Positions 38,841-52,129 of a DNA stretch of 64,000 nucleotides are shown here, piece after piece. The stretch lies in contig CM068750.1 in the NCBI GenBank assembly GCA_035084275.1, forward strand, positions 16,616,001-16,680,000. Reading direction: 5' to 3'. Position 1 is the stretch's first letter. Each line of letters starts with the position of its first letter. The notes below the pieces were generated by a model that saw only the letters and a list, made by a program, of their open reading frames with translations, was not told the origin of the DNA and made no database searches. Source of the stretch: Hydrolagus colliei (taxonomy: Eukaryota). A program made the translations under genes and the position numbers.

Positions 38841-41236
38841 TTCTTATTATGAATACCCAGGTTTTTCTTTTAAAAAATGAAATCATTCAAATATTCAAAT
38901 ATTTTCATCTAGCAATAATTAACTAGTTTTTAAATATCGACAGTTCCTTCAAAATATACCACTGACGTTCAGTGGGGGGGGAGGGGGGCGGAAATTAGAA
39001 GCACATGAACATTAACAGTGTATTTTGCTCCAATTATACCACAGGAGTAACGCGATGTGACGTTTCCAATTAAGGATTGTTCAGGGTGTGAAATCTATAC
39101 ATTTTCAATTAGGAATACATTTAGGAATGAGTTCATGAAAACACTGGGGCATAACTGCCCTTTTATTGACAAAACTGTCCGACTGAATCATAACCCTCTC
39201 TCCTTATAATAATTCTTACTTTTGATACAGCATGTTTTATGTCTGAAGATGTCTACAAGTGCTTAAAGGTTTCAACATTCCTTGTAAATGTCACTTCCAC
39301 CTGAAAATATTACATGTGGCCTACTCTGTTAAGTTTCTCCATTACATCTGTTTTGATGATTTATATTACTCTGATTTACTTAATTTCAGTTCTCCTTGGG
39401 CATAATTCATTAGCCAAATTATTCTTGTTCTACACGGCCAACCATCCAAAACTTCTGTGTAAATCATGACCAAAATTTATATCCCAACTGTCCTTTATGT
39501 ACCTACTTATTCTGCATCAAATGATCACTAGCATATGCAGAATTTTCTTATAACTTAATCCTTAGTAGAGAAATATTTTGTATAATGCACCAGTACTCCA
39601 AATAAGCTTCCTTCTTACTGAGGGGTGTTTATTTAATGTTAATAAACGAGATCAAGAAACAGTTTGCAATGTAATTTTCGGGGTCAGAGGTGCACAAAAC
39701 AAATTCATAGAATGAATTCGGGTCATTAAGTCTGCTTTTCTCCTTATAAACACTCATATCTAAGCCTACTCACACCAGTCAGTCTTCCGAACTTAAACTC
39801 CTTTTGATCTGCATCAGCTACAATTTAATTTCAGTCTTTCAGCACCACCTTGCAATAATTGTAGCTATTATTCTATAGTTGTGTGATAATTCCAATGCAA
39901 TGTCATAAGGTTCAAAGCACAGGTTATATTCTATGAAAGGAATGCGGTATTTAAAAACTATGTGTACACTACTAAGTATGCAATGCTTGCAAGTTAGGAT
40001 ATCATTCCAACGCTCTCTCATATTTTGCAATCCTGATTAATGATTTATCATTTTACATGCCCATAGACCTTTGGACTGGAACAAGTACTTAAAAATACTA
40101 TTCCAATTTCCTGCTAAATTGTTTAAAAAATTTGTTATTGACATTAATGAGTGTGAGAAACTCCAGTTTAAGTAGAGGCAGTTTGAATTTATTCAATTCT
40201 GGCTCAAAACATTGTTTTCTTTTTAGGGATGCTTCTAAAGTTCCATCTGTGCAAAACAGGTGTAAATCTTTATAGGCAAAATTTAAAACAGAAAGACAGA
40301 ATGAAAACATTAACTATACTTTCTAAGCTTAAGAAATAAACTGTCTATCTCCCAAAGGAGACAGATGTGAATGATTGCTCAATCTGGCCTGTCTTTGGCT
40401 TTCTGCTCGAAGACACTTTTCTTACCATTAACTCTCCAGTTGAACAATTTATCAAAACTATTACATCTGGACCCCAAGAGTTTTAACCATTCGAGCCCTC
40501 AACTGTAGTCAATATTTACACTTCTTATGAAATCAAACTTAATTAGATCAAAACTAATTGGACGAACATTTTTAAAGGCGACTCCCTGGTGAGCCTCTCA
40601 AAAATAGAGGTCTCAACATTGCGAAATGGCCAAAACAGAAGGCGAATTAAAGGCTTGGTGAAGGTAATGGAACAAATATTTTAAATAAATAACGATTTCA
40701 TCTGGTCTATTAACTGTGTTTACGTCTACTTCCGAACTTAAACAATTGTTGTTTTTAACTTCGAGGTAGTTAAATACTGTATAGGCTTTCATACTCGTAT
40801 GGGTGTGTATAGATATACTGTACACACACACAAACAAAACGCTGGACTGTATTCAATTCTTGGTATTACGGTAATGGGCGGAAAAGTATTAGACATCTAA
40901 TTATCTAATCGTGACTGCAAATTGTGTCAACCGCGGGACTGAAACACTCCTATCCTCCACCCCCACTTCTGCAAGGCTCGATCATCTATTTTAACACTGT
41001 AAGCAGAATTGTTAAAACGGTATTGAGCACTCCTCATATTATACGTTTGAACGAGGGGCTGAAAACGCTCACCCTCAAATCCGAAGCTGATCAGGCTGAG
41101 CGAACAATGTCATGGTGGAAGAGTCTTGGACAAGAGGATAAAAGTTGTGCGACCCGTCCCTCCTTTCTCCCCAGAGGCCGGCCGGGGGGGGTGGTGGGTG
41201 GGAGTGAGCTGTGTGTTCTTCATCGCCTGCCCTCAC

Positions 41237-41310
41237 CTACCCCGCCGGCCGGTCTCAGTGAGGCCCACAAGCTGCTCTGCGCGCCAGCCTCAGACACGGC
41301 GGCGGCAGCA
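41237..41310 (-). other. Candidate alternative first exon (5' end uncertain)
   Basis: GC-rich stretch ending GGGGTAG|GTGAGG, donor at 41236-41235. No clear acceptor. Confidence 0.25.
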
Positions 41311-41477
41311 GCCACACAGATAAGAGAAAAAGGGGCTTTAAATATTGAAACCAAAACAAACGGAGGAAAATAATTCCCCCCCCCCCCCCCCCCCCCACCC
41401 AAAAAACACAGACACAAGTCCTTCCCTCCCACCCGGTGGGGCCCATCTCACACTCCAGACAGTCAACACCTCCTTAC

Positions 41478-41532
41478 CTCGCTCATCCACCAACCGTCAG
41501 TCTCGTGCGGGGGGGGGGGGGGGGGAGGGGGT
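41478..41532 (-). other. Candidate alternative 5' UTR exon
   Basis: Near-consensus donor GAG|GTAAGG at 41477-41476 and a possible acceptor gctttttacgcag| at 41534-41533. Confidence 0.3.
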
Positions 41533-41804
41533 CTGCGTAAAAAGCTTGTTCTTTTCTCGACGAACGATGAGGGAGGGGGGGGGGGGGTGATGGAGTGTTA
41601 ACATTAAACCACTTTCTTTTAAAAAACAAATTAAAATATATATAGATATATTTAAAAATGAAGAGCACACGTGCGCCGAAACGTGTTTATCTCATTAAAT
41701 GAAACAACTAAACGTTAATTCATCTGACACGAGAGGTTTCCTCTCCCACTCCGCGGCGCGAGAGACAAGACAGACAGACAGACACACACAGAGACGAGCC
41801 TCAC

Positions 41805-41850
41805 CTGCTGCGGCGCAACCGAACCTGATAGCTGCTCTCGCTCTTCCCTC
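41805..41850 (-). other. NUMB: Putative non-coding first exon of NUMB (5' boundary approximate)
   Basis: The minus strand reads ...GGTTGCGCCGCAGCAG|GTGAGG with the donor at 41804-41803, just downstream of the GC-box/CCAAT cluster. No transcript data. Confidence 0.5.
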
Positions 41851-42291
41851 CCACCTCCCGCCCTCAAAGCCCGCCCTCACCCCAACCACTCCGTGCCACC
41901 ATTGGGTATCAGCGCTGCCCGTCGGCGGCATTTCTCCTTTCCAATTGGTTCCTAGCCGACTACCAGTCATTTGCGCCGCACGCCCTTCCGCCTAACACGT
42001 TTGGTTGCGCTGGAATCGGGGCGAGGAAAAGCTGCTGAGGGTGGGAGGGGGAGAGGGTGGATTTGGCTCACGCAGTGCTGCTCACTCAGCGCATGTGCGG
42101 TCGGTCACTCACTCACTCATCCCTCCCTCACCGCCCTCCTTAGGAGGAGAAGTAGGTGAGGGTTGGTCTGAATCGGGAATGGAGACTCTCTACATACATT
42201 GTATGTCTGTGTGTTTTTTTTTAAACGAAAGTTAACCTTTCCATCTTTGTCAACGGTCATTAAAGCGCTTGGAAACTAATCAGCAAATAAT

Positions 42292-42605
42292 GTTAGAGCA
42301 CTCGCCTTAGGAGCGTTGAGACCTGTGTTCGAATCCAGGCAGGTCAGGGCGAGACCTTGGCCAAGTTTCCTTACTCCACACACACACACACACAACCTAA
42401 TGATAATCCCTCGAAACAAAAAACACAATGACAAAATTGGTCATTTCGATCCACGACTGTGTGTGGGACACTGGCTGTGCTCAATTGGCTGCCGCATTTC
42501 GCCCACAAATATACACAGTCAATTCACTTTACAGTATATTTTGTAAAGCGCTTGGAGACGTCGATAAGATGTGAAAAGCGCTATATCAAAATGCAAGGAT
42601 TATTG
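42292..42605 (+). mobile_element. tRNA-derived SINE just upstream of the NUMB CpG island
   Basis: Same family as 17237-17580, with the head slightly truncated. Confidence 0.9.
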
Positions 42606-43952
42606 TTACCTCCTGACGTGAAAAATGCAATACCAAATGTAAGGATTTTTATAATTGAGACCATCCTGCCTGGGCTGTCAGGATTGTTTCCATTCAAGAA
42701 CCATTCTTGTCAGGCCTGTCCTTTCTCTACACCCCTTTAGTCAATTACTTTTTATTAGATAAAGCTTAAGATCAGTTGGGGGTGAATTCATGTGAAAAAG
42801 GTGACCACGTGGAAGAAAAACATTGATATTTCTTAGTCCCCAAATAAATCATATACAGTATTTGCTTCCTCGAGAAAAGGCAACTTTTAAAAAATAAAAA
42901 CAGGAAATTGAGTAATTTTGTTTCCATGCTTATTTTTTGAGGATAGGGAATGTAGCAACATGTCCTGCCCTTGATTTCTAACATTTTTTTTTAAAAGTAT
43001 TGTTGTAGCATCTTATAATGTCACAATATGCTTCACCAATAATTGTTGACCAGTGTACAGTACAAACTTTTTGCCTAGAAAAACTATCACTGGTCTTGAA
43101 TCTAATTACCTGCGAAACATTTATTTTGGTTAAGGCACTACAAAATGAACGTTTTTTTTTCTAAATGGCACTGTCTGGGCCGTAAAATGTAAAAGTATTG
43201 TAGTCTGGCTTAAACTAAATCTTACAAATCCAACAAGGCCCCAACAACAAATTGCATTTGTATGGTGCCTTTCTCAGTGGAATCCCTGGCCTTAGCTGAG
43301 TTCGCTGACCTCACCTGGTGTTGCTGTTGCTGCAATTTGCCCGTCGGTGTACATGAATGAGATACAGAAATATTATTTAAGAATGCCAGTTACTATGATT
43401 ATATGTAAAATGACTGGTTAGGTCTAAGCTGAGATTTCTTGCTTGAGAGGACCACCAATGCTTCACATACAGGTTAGATATGCAAACAAAAGGGCAATGT
43501 GTAAGTCTGTTCCCTTTAGAGCTTTTTATCAGGTCATCATTTCTTTTGAATAAGGAAGAGGTAAAATAATGATTTCGTTTCTGCTGTACCTGTTAGTACT
43601 TTTATGTGTTACTCTCTGACTGAGGAGGTGGATCTAGGTTTTAGGCCTTTGTTTTGTGCTCAAAATATACGATCAATTTACTTTTCAGGATATTTTGTGA
43701 AGTGCATGGAAACAACAACAGCAAAAACCTACTTTTATACAGCGCTTTCAAGTCTGTAGGATGTCCCAAGGCGCTGAAGGTCTAAGACATCTTGAAAGTG
43801 CTATCATCAAATGGAATGATTATTATTACTTAAACCAATTTCTGGTTATTAACCAACTATGTTTTCCATATCAAACCATTGTGCAGAATATGTAAATAGA
43901 AGTTTGATTTTTTTTCTGTGACTACACACTACAAGGATTCTTTCTCATTTTA

Positions 43953-44110
43953 TATGGTGAAATTTGGTTAATTGAATATTGGATAATTGATAGTTCGGTT
44001 AATCGAATAGAATTTAACAATCCAAAATCACTTATTCACCTAATATAGGAATATAGATCGGTTAATTGAATACTTAGTTATATGATTAGTTTGGTTTATT
44101 GAATAATTTT
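43953..44110. mobile_element. Degraded Tigger-like terminal fragment
   Basis: Repeated (t/c)ggttaat(c/t)gaata motifs of the kind found in pogo/Tigger subterminal regions. Confidence 0.4.
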
Positions 44111-46516
44111 GCCTGTGACCATTCATATGTAAAAAAACATTCATCTGAATCTGCTGGATAAATGCAGAGTTCCAAATCAATGCATTCTACACTCCAGCAT
44201 GAACATCGCGACTCCTTCTTCCCCCCCACCCTCTTGCTCCAGAGAAGTCGTAGTAATTGGCCAAGTGCGAGTGAGAACTTGTCTGGTGGAGGCAGAGAAG
44301 TTCGGGTGAGGTTGCATGCCATGCGGCTCGAGCTGCTGGAGAATAGTCTCCTCTAATGTTTAGTCCAGGTTCATGAATAGTTTAGGTTACCAAATAAAAG
44401 GTTCTTAATTGACGCTTTTTCTTTTGGATGCTTCTGAAACACTTGTGGGTGCAAACAGTTCTTAGCAGGCCACCTTGTGGAGATTCTCTCTCTGGAGAGG
44501 GGAAAACCCTGATGCGATGGCTTGTCCCTCTTGACAGTAAGTATACTTGTCGGCTGAAGACATAATGAGACATCGAAATGAAAATGCTGAAAATTGATTT
44601 GTTCAGCCTGTTTATGATGAGATTAACAGTGTTTGGAGCAAAATAGTTTTTGATTCAAGTACTGTACCATGTTTTGTCAGTCAAATTACTGGAGATAAAT
44701 CAACATTATATTTGTACAAATTGTAGATGGCTTTTTCAACTCAAGAAAAGATGACCTGTCCAATTCCCTGCCCAATTCACCTGTTGAAAGTCAGTCACTG
44801 AGCTATTCTTTGAGTAGCACTGATGGTAATCAGACCAGCCAAGGCTCTTGCATCTCTCAGGATGCACAAACCTTTGTTGAGTTAAGGATGAGTAAATTAG
44901 AACCAAATTACTGATTTGAAGCACTTGACATGAACATAAATCATCTATATATGGCTAGTTTTGTGCACAACTTACTTTCACATGATAATGGTTTTGCCTG
45001 TAAGCCTGATTTGTCATACAATCTCCACTGTAAAGGCAAAGCATAGGCTCAACATAACAAGCGCCTAAGTTGTAACTATTCCAATGTTGACATTACATTT
45101 GTGCATGTACAAAATATGCTACATGTTTTGTTGTTAATATTTACATAGTTGTGCATGTCCTCCAGGCACAAATTGTTTATCTTCACGCTCTTGCAAATGT
45201 TGACATGTATGAAAATTACAGCTGCCCAGTTGCCAACTCATAAAATCAATTCCCTGTTACAATGGGTAAGATCATTTTCCATAAACCTATGTGTTGTCTC
45301 AGGGTATTTGGTCCTGAGGTATATTGAAAACCTCCCTCTGGTTTTACTAAACTTTAAATACTTTAAACTAATACGCTGGGTAATGGGAATGTCTTTATAT
45401 TCATACACAAGGTCTCTTATTTATTGCAGGCCCAGACGGAAATGGTGAAATGATATTTTAATCACACACAGAACTGAGTTCCTTGTGGATCAAAACTTCA
45501 TAATCAAAGATCAGTGAGTAGGTTTCAGTCACAGGAGTATTCTGGGGAAGCTTTTGAAAATGATTGAAATTATATTCAATGTAATAACAAGGGAAGAAAT
45601 ATTCTTTCTTAATTGAATTTGTTTTACAACTATGGGGAATAAGAATCATTAAAGATTATAGCATATGCTTGCCACCTCAGTCCATCAAATCTGCTCTTGT
45701 CTGGTTAGTACTATATATCTCAATAAGGCCCTCTAGAAATATCTTATTTTTAAGGCTGATTTAGCTCATCATTTCTGACTAACATCAGAGATTTGCAACA
45801 TCAATTTCTGCATTGGCTCCTGGGAATGGATGCGCCTTTGTTCTTCTTCTCCCTCACCATCATGTCTTAGTGATCCTAAAGATCCTATAATAAATTGCAC
45901 TCGATGAGTAAATATTGTGAAAAAGATGTTTTGTGCAGGAACTCTTCCACTTCTATGTTATAATGTAGAGTGAGTGAAGTGTTGCAACACTCCTTCACAT
46001 TGTACTCTTGAGAATTTTTTTGTGTGAATGTGCTTGCTCACACGATCGACCATGTAAAACCCACCCACCTTTAGTTTCCTACAATGCACAGGCCAAGCAG
46101 AATGACCTGCTATTATAAGCCCAGCACAATGGAGAAATGACATGTTACTGAGTAACCCAAATGGTTAAACCCATATTTCCCTTTGGGAATGAAAAACCGT
46201 TAAGTAGAATCGATCTCGTCAGAGATAAGGTATCAATATTAATTAGTTCCAACTACTAAATATAGTGATCTTTCGATGGAGGCAGTCCTTAGCTTTTCAA
46301 TGTCCCCTCGGCTGTGTTCTAAAGTCATTTTTTTAAAATTCAATTGTATGCCAACTTCCTGCTGAGGCCTCAAGGGTTTGGCGTTTTGAATGACAAGTTT
46401 TACTTTCCGCACCTGTCCAAAAAGCCTTTGTTGGTTAGGAAGTTATAAGAGGGGAGAGAGTGGCTTGCAAGATAATGTATTGGACAAGATACCAAATCAA
46501 TTTTACATTGTAAGTA

Positions 46517-47105
46517 CAGTAATCCCTCCCAAACCACGGGGGATAAGTTCCTGAAAATCCCCGTGGTTAGTAAAACCGCGGTTGGGAAATATAAGACCTT
46601 ATGGGAAAAATAGGGTTAGGGGGGAATGCAGACGCATTTACACTCGTCAGAGCATAAGTAAGTTGCTTGTTCTTTTACTAAACACAAATAAAATACACAA
46701 TAACAACAAAAACAATAAATGTTCAAATAACACAATAAAAAAGAATATAAAAAGCAATAAATTCATGTTATTTACCTTAATCCTAATGATGATGATGAAG
46801 GTGATTGTTACATGGAAGAGGGGCCTTGCGCTTCCTCTGCCTCCTCCTTCAGATCATCAATCACCGATGAGTGTGAGGGGGATGGATGTGGAGAAGGCGG
46901 TGTGGTGGGTGACACTGAGGGGGATGGATGCGGAGAAGCTACATCGTGGCTGGTTGATGCAACTGGTCATCAGTGGTGGGCGTGGGTGAAACGCGGAGCG
47001 GATGAATACACACTAACACGCGGATGAATGCAGTCCCGTGTTTGGAAGAGTGAAACTTGACAATTAAAACCCGTGTATACGCAAAATTCACTGCCGCGGT
47101 GTATA
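46517..47105. mobile_element. Tigger/pogo-like non-autonomous element related to 34864-35612
   Basis: Left end ta|cagtaatccctcccaaaccacggggg. Shared blocks aataaattcatgttatttaccttaatcctaa and ggagaaggYggtgtggtgggtgacac. Right end unclear. Confidence 0.65.
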
Positions 47106-47452
47106 AGGTTATCCTATTAGTTTATAACATTTCTGAGGTAATCTAACATACGTTTTTGTATTGGGGAAGTGGGTGATATTTATTTTCTTGTGTTAACCAC
47201 AGTATATGTTACTGTGGCAAGGCAGGGGAATGTGAATGTCGTGCATAATTATTTATTTTCCCTGCCTTGTGGCCGTCTTGCATGTAAAGTGACTTGTGGT
47301 TCAATAGACACGCAGTAACTCTTCTCAATATGGCAGGCAACCAACAAAGTTGTTTTTTTGTGCTCTGATTGCAAATGTCACTAACTCCAGTTCTTGTGGG
47401 CTTTTTGAATACAAGAGGAAACAATCAGGAACAAAGACTGGGACCAATATCT

Positions 47453-47682
47453 GTGGGATTCTGCAGCTCAGTGGTTAGAGCACTCGCCTCTCAAACGAGA
47501 GACCTGGGTGCGATTCCCAGCAGTGCAAAACCTTGGGTACGTTTACATGCCAGATAATAATCCCTGATGAAAAAAATACAATAATAAATTGGTTACTTCA
47601 ATCCATGACTATTTGCGAGACATTGCTTTGAGACAACTAGAAGACATGAAAAGTGCAATATCAAATGCAAGGATTATTATTT
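47453..47682 (+). mobile_element. tRNA-derived SINE with an internal deletion
   Basis: Head gcagctcagtggttagagcactcgcc and tail atcaaatgcaaggattattat. Confidence 0.85.
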
Positions 47683-48929
47683 TATCTAATCTGGCAAATA
47701 TATAATCAATTACAATCTGAATTTTACAATGAAAATTAAATGATTGAATTCTCTGGTCCTCTCCCCATGTCCTTTTCTAGCTTGATAAAATCTATGATAG
47801 CAGCTTTCCCAAAAGAAGAGGACAAAACTGCTTTGCTCAGAATTTGTGCCTTCTCTCTCACACCCTTAGTGGTGTTCTACTGAACCTGAAACAATGATTG
47901 TCCAGCGCCCTGGGACGTCTTCCTGATGTGAATTACAAGTGTAATTTTGTTGTTGTTGTAAGGCTAAATTAGAGGTTGCGGAAACACAATCTGCATCTCG
48001 TTCTTGACATTTTCTTTTCATCGCAGATCATGTTGTATCTGGACTCCTGCAGACAGGTTGTGGTCACCATGACTTTAATGGGAGGACAGCAATAAATAGT
48101 GTATTAATGTGCATCAACCCATCTGTGAATATATATTATATAATCAATTAGGGATGGATAAGGTATGTAAATTAAATTCCCCAAAAATATTTTTTTGTAG
48201 AGCACACTGCACTGAATGTTCTCGTCAGTTGGATGTAATTTAAACACACTAACCCATTAAAGTTGAAACAGTGCAGTGCATGTTTCTGATTGTTGTATTG
48301 ATTAAGCTGTTATCATAAAACGACTGAAATTGAATCCTGCGTTTGCAATGTACCTGGTGTACAGTTTTTATTTCAGTGACATAAAGGGGCCACTAATGTT
48401 CAAGAAACAAGGCACAGGAGAGTAAATAAATTTATCCTCATAGTTATAGAAATGAGCTGAGGCTCTTCAGCCTTGAAAATAGAGCATTTTGACAGGGATA
48501 TTGCAGTTTGGTGCAGTCTCTGTTGGGATTAGAGGAGCATCTTTTATGGTTTAACATTATTCTGAAGAAATGTTCATGGGATCTGTCAACTTTCAAGGTG
48601 ACAAATATGGGATGAGAGAGATCATGAAATCTGCACTTTCATTTTACATTACCAGCTGCACTCAGCAACACCTTTAATCCCATTCATAAGTGTTTTTTTT
48701 GTGTGAAAATGATAAATGCAAGGATTATTATTATTCTTTTATTATTATATTATTAAATATATAGCTGACCCTCTGAAACCAAATGCATGAAGCAGAATTG
48801 GAGTGAATCATCCTTTTGTTTTTTTTATTCCCTCCACTTGGTGGGAGATAAATGAGAGTCATGAATATATATGAACTTGTACCTTACCATTCAAAAAATA
48901 CTGAAAAGCGTGAAGAGTGATGTTATAGA

Positions 48930-49310
48930 TAATAATAATAATAATAATAGTTGCACTTGATATAGCGCTTCACCATGTCTTCGAAATGTCGCAAAGTACT
49001 TCACAGAATACTTGTATGCTGTAAAGTGATTTGACTATATTTTGTAGGTGAAACATGGCAGCCAATTTTTCACAGCAGTGTCCTACAAACAGTTGTGGAT
49101 TGAAGTAACTGATTTATTACTATTATTACTTGAAGGAATTATTTCCATTGGACAAGTGACCTGCCAATCGACTAACAGCTGGGTTGCTACTTATTGCTAG
49201 GTAAAGAGAGGTGTGTGGAGTAAGGAAACTTATCCAAGATTTTGCCATGCCAGGAATTGAACCCAGGTCTCTCGCTTGCGAGGCGAGTCCTCTAACCACT
49301 GAGCTACAGA
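48930..49310 (-). mobile_element. tRNA-derived SINE, long form retaining the CORE-like domain
   Basis: Same head and tail as the other copies, plus an extra segment at 49140-49210. Confidence 0.85.
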
Positions 49311-49329
49311 TCATATGTCATAACATTTG

Positions 49330-49620
49330 GTACAACAGCAACACATTACATTTGTATGGTGTCTTTCACATCAGGAGGATGTCTTAAGGCGCTGGACAGT
49401 GAAATAATTCGGATCGAGCTAGGGGTCGGGAACAGGAGGGATTGAAGGCAGGTAGAGCAGTGGTAGGCGGGTGACAGAAGATACAGTTGAAGAGGAGGGT
49501 CTTGGAGGAGGCATGGGAGGGGGCAAGGTTCCGAAAGTTGGTGACAGAAAGCCTGACTACAAATGGTGAGGCGGGGAAGGTAGGAGACATGGAGCAGGCT
49601 GGAACCCCCTGAGCGAAGGA
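49330..49620 (-). mobile_element. L2 LINE 3' end
   Basis: Reverse-strand L2 tail and 3' UTR. Confidence 0.8.
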
Positions 49621-52129
49621 ATAATGTCAAATGTTTCAAAGCACTTCACAATGTTTGTATCACAGTAATGTCCCACAAACAACCAGGATGACTGATTTTA
49701 TCTGGAACATTGTTGGCTTGGACACTGTGAGGGACTCCCTTTTTGATTTGATAATAAAATATTTTCTGCGATTGGGTAGAATATATTACATTTTCGATTT
49801 AAAATCAGAAGTTGACCTGACTACTACAGAAACCTTCTTTCGGATACTGGTACAGTATTTTCTGAAATAGTTAATTTAGAGAATGCAATTGTCAGCTTCT
49901 AATGCAGTGAAGGTGTAAGCAGTGCCTTACCACTCACAAGATCAGTTTGACAAAACCCCTTCGGCCCATCTGATTTCATTCCCTCCAGGATACTCCCCCT
50001 GCTGTCCCCCCATTGCATCAAGCTGCTTTTGAAATTACCCAAAATAAAAATGTCATTGGTCAGGTTGCACCTATACTGTGTGCGGTTCCGGTCAAATAAG
50101 TTGTTCTCTCGTTTTGTGTATTTCACACTTTGTAGAGGATTCCTTACACCCGTCCCCTTTTATCCTTAACTATAAAATTTTAAAAATGACTGGAGAAAAA
50201 TAAAGCTAAATCCAAAAGACAGAGTGGGTGAAAAAAGGTTCTTCAGTTTACTTGATCTCACCTGTCAAGTATACGAGCCCCATTATCTTCTCATTACAGT
50301 ACAAGGCTGTTAATTATGACCATTGACCTGGGCTTCCTGATAACATGCTCCAGTTATAACCCATTGGCAGTGAGTGTTGGCAGGGTTATCAGCTGTGGAG
50401 TTTATAGCCAGCCCTGATCCTCTTGTTACTCTGCCTCCATGTAGTGCTGAAGGACACCTCAAAAAGAATATTGGGCCAGTCTGGTGGTCGTACACTGCAA
50501 ACCTATCCAGCATTTGCCCTCCATTCTTTTAACTCCCTGCTCCACCACTGGTAGTTAAACCCTACTTTGTTATTCACCACTACCATTCTGCATATGAAAG
50601 GCTCGACTGTAAATAATTAGTAAATGCAAGTTGTACAGTAGCTGATGTGGCACTCTATCTCAAAGGTAACTGTAAAGATCATCCAAAGTTCTTGAGTGGT
50701 TGACATGTGACTGCAGTAAATACAGAAGAACTGAGTGGCGAGTGATTGTAATCTAGTTTTTACAATGTTTGAGGGAATTTGCTAATCCGGCTCGCTGCCA
50801 ATCACGAGACCTGATAGCCCTGCAACTCATACAGAATTGTATTGCTCCGTGCAGAAACCACTCAACAAAACCAATGCTGATTTGTTTGAGCAACATTTTT
50901 GGTCTTCAATTGAATTTTTATTTATGTATTCTCAGTTGCCATGCACTTGTATTTAAATAGCATTGTGTTGTGTTTTCATTCCACTCAAACTGATACCTGC
51001 TTCCTTCCCTCTATTACCAACACAAAGACCACATTTCCTGTTATAAAATTATCAACCCTGACCTTTAGAATGAAGTTCCCTCAAGTAGGAAAATAGTCCT
51101 TTTGATGTTTCCACTCTTTGAATAACCAATGATCAATCTGTGCTGGTCTGTAACGACATTGTGAGTTACCTGAGATCCACGGGTATGCATCACGGCTCAC
51201 CATGGCTATGCTTGGATGGGTTAACTAAACATTTAACCTAAACAGGTTTAAATGGACAAATAGGCTCATTGTTCAACAGATATTTTTTTGGGGGGGGGCA
51301 TTTCCTTTTGGACTTTTTTCCTTTAGGTTAGAGGTTGGTGCGTAACTGCTCTGTACGTATCACCAAGGTCCCAGCAAAGGCAATCAATGATTGATTGTTC
51401 AATTTAGCTGGGAATTTAAATGAGAGAATAATATTGGTCCAGACATAAGAACTCAGTGCTCCACCCTGAAATAACGACAGCACATTTTTTTTAATGAATG
51501 AGCATTTCTCAAATGAGCAACAAGGCTTTTTTATTGCATCTTATTTATCCAAAATATATATTTTTCAATTGTCTTTGGACCGATACGACTTGCCTTGAAC
51601 CGAATTAGATCTATTATACTAGGTATTACGAGATCCCACGCTGGTTAGGTTCTGGTGGCTCTTAAATTATACTGAACACACAAGCTGATTTTTAATTTAG
51701 CTTTTAGTTGAAACTCACGAACGATTTACAGGCTATTTTTATTCCAGTTTGAAGAAAATTACTTCAAATTAAACCAAGAAGAGGGATTTGTTTTGTGGTA
51801 CTGATGGAGTAAATTAACTTGCTGTATTTATACTTCCCTTGTTAGGTGCAACATGCAATGCAAATTCTCAATCCATGTGCATCTTTATACAAATTGAATT
51901 TACTGACTTGGAAGTGCCAACTATTTATACTTTACAGTCAGCAATTGAAAGTGCCTATGCTGCTGGCCCAATCTGCAAATAGAATTGTGAATTATTTTAG
52001 TTGCCTCAGTAGCAGACAGTCCTAATTTTAAAACGTTTAAAAGTTACTGTAACTATTTAAAACCTCCGAACATCAAATTAATTTACTTGTCTACATTACT
52101 CAGCCTTGTCCACGATAGAATTCAACATC

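Larger units (their letters stand above)
40900..42200 (-). promoter_or_regulatory. NUMB: CpG-rich island, probable NUMB promoter / 5' end
   Basis: Locally high GC and CpG in an otherwise CpG-depleted region. GC boxes (ccgccc near 41857 and 41871), CCAAT/ATTGG at 41901-41905 and 41941-41948, and several strong minus-strand splice donors downstream in transcript direction. Confidence 0.7.
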
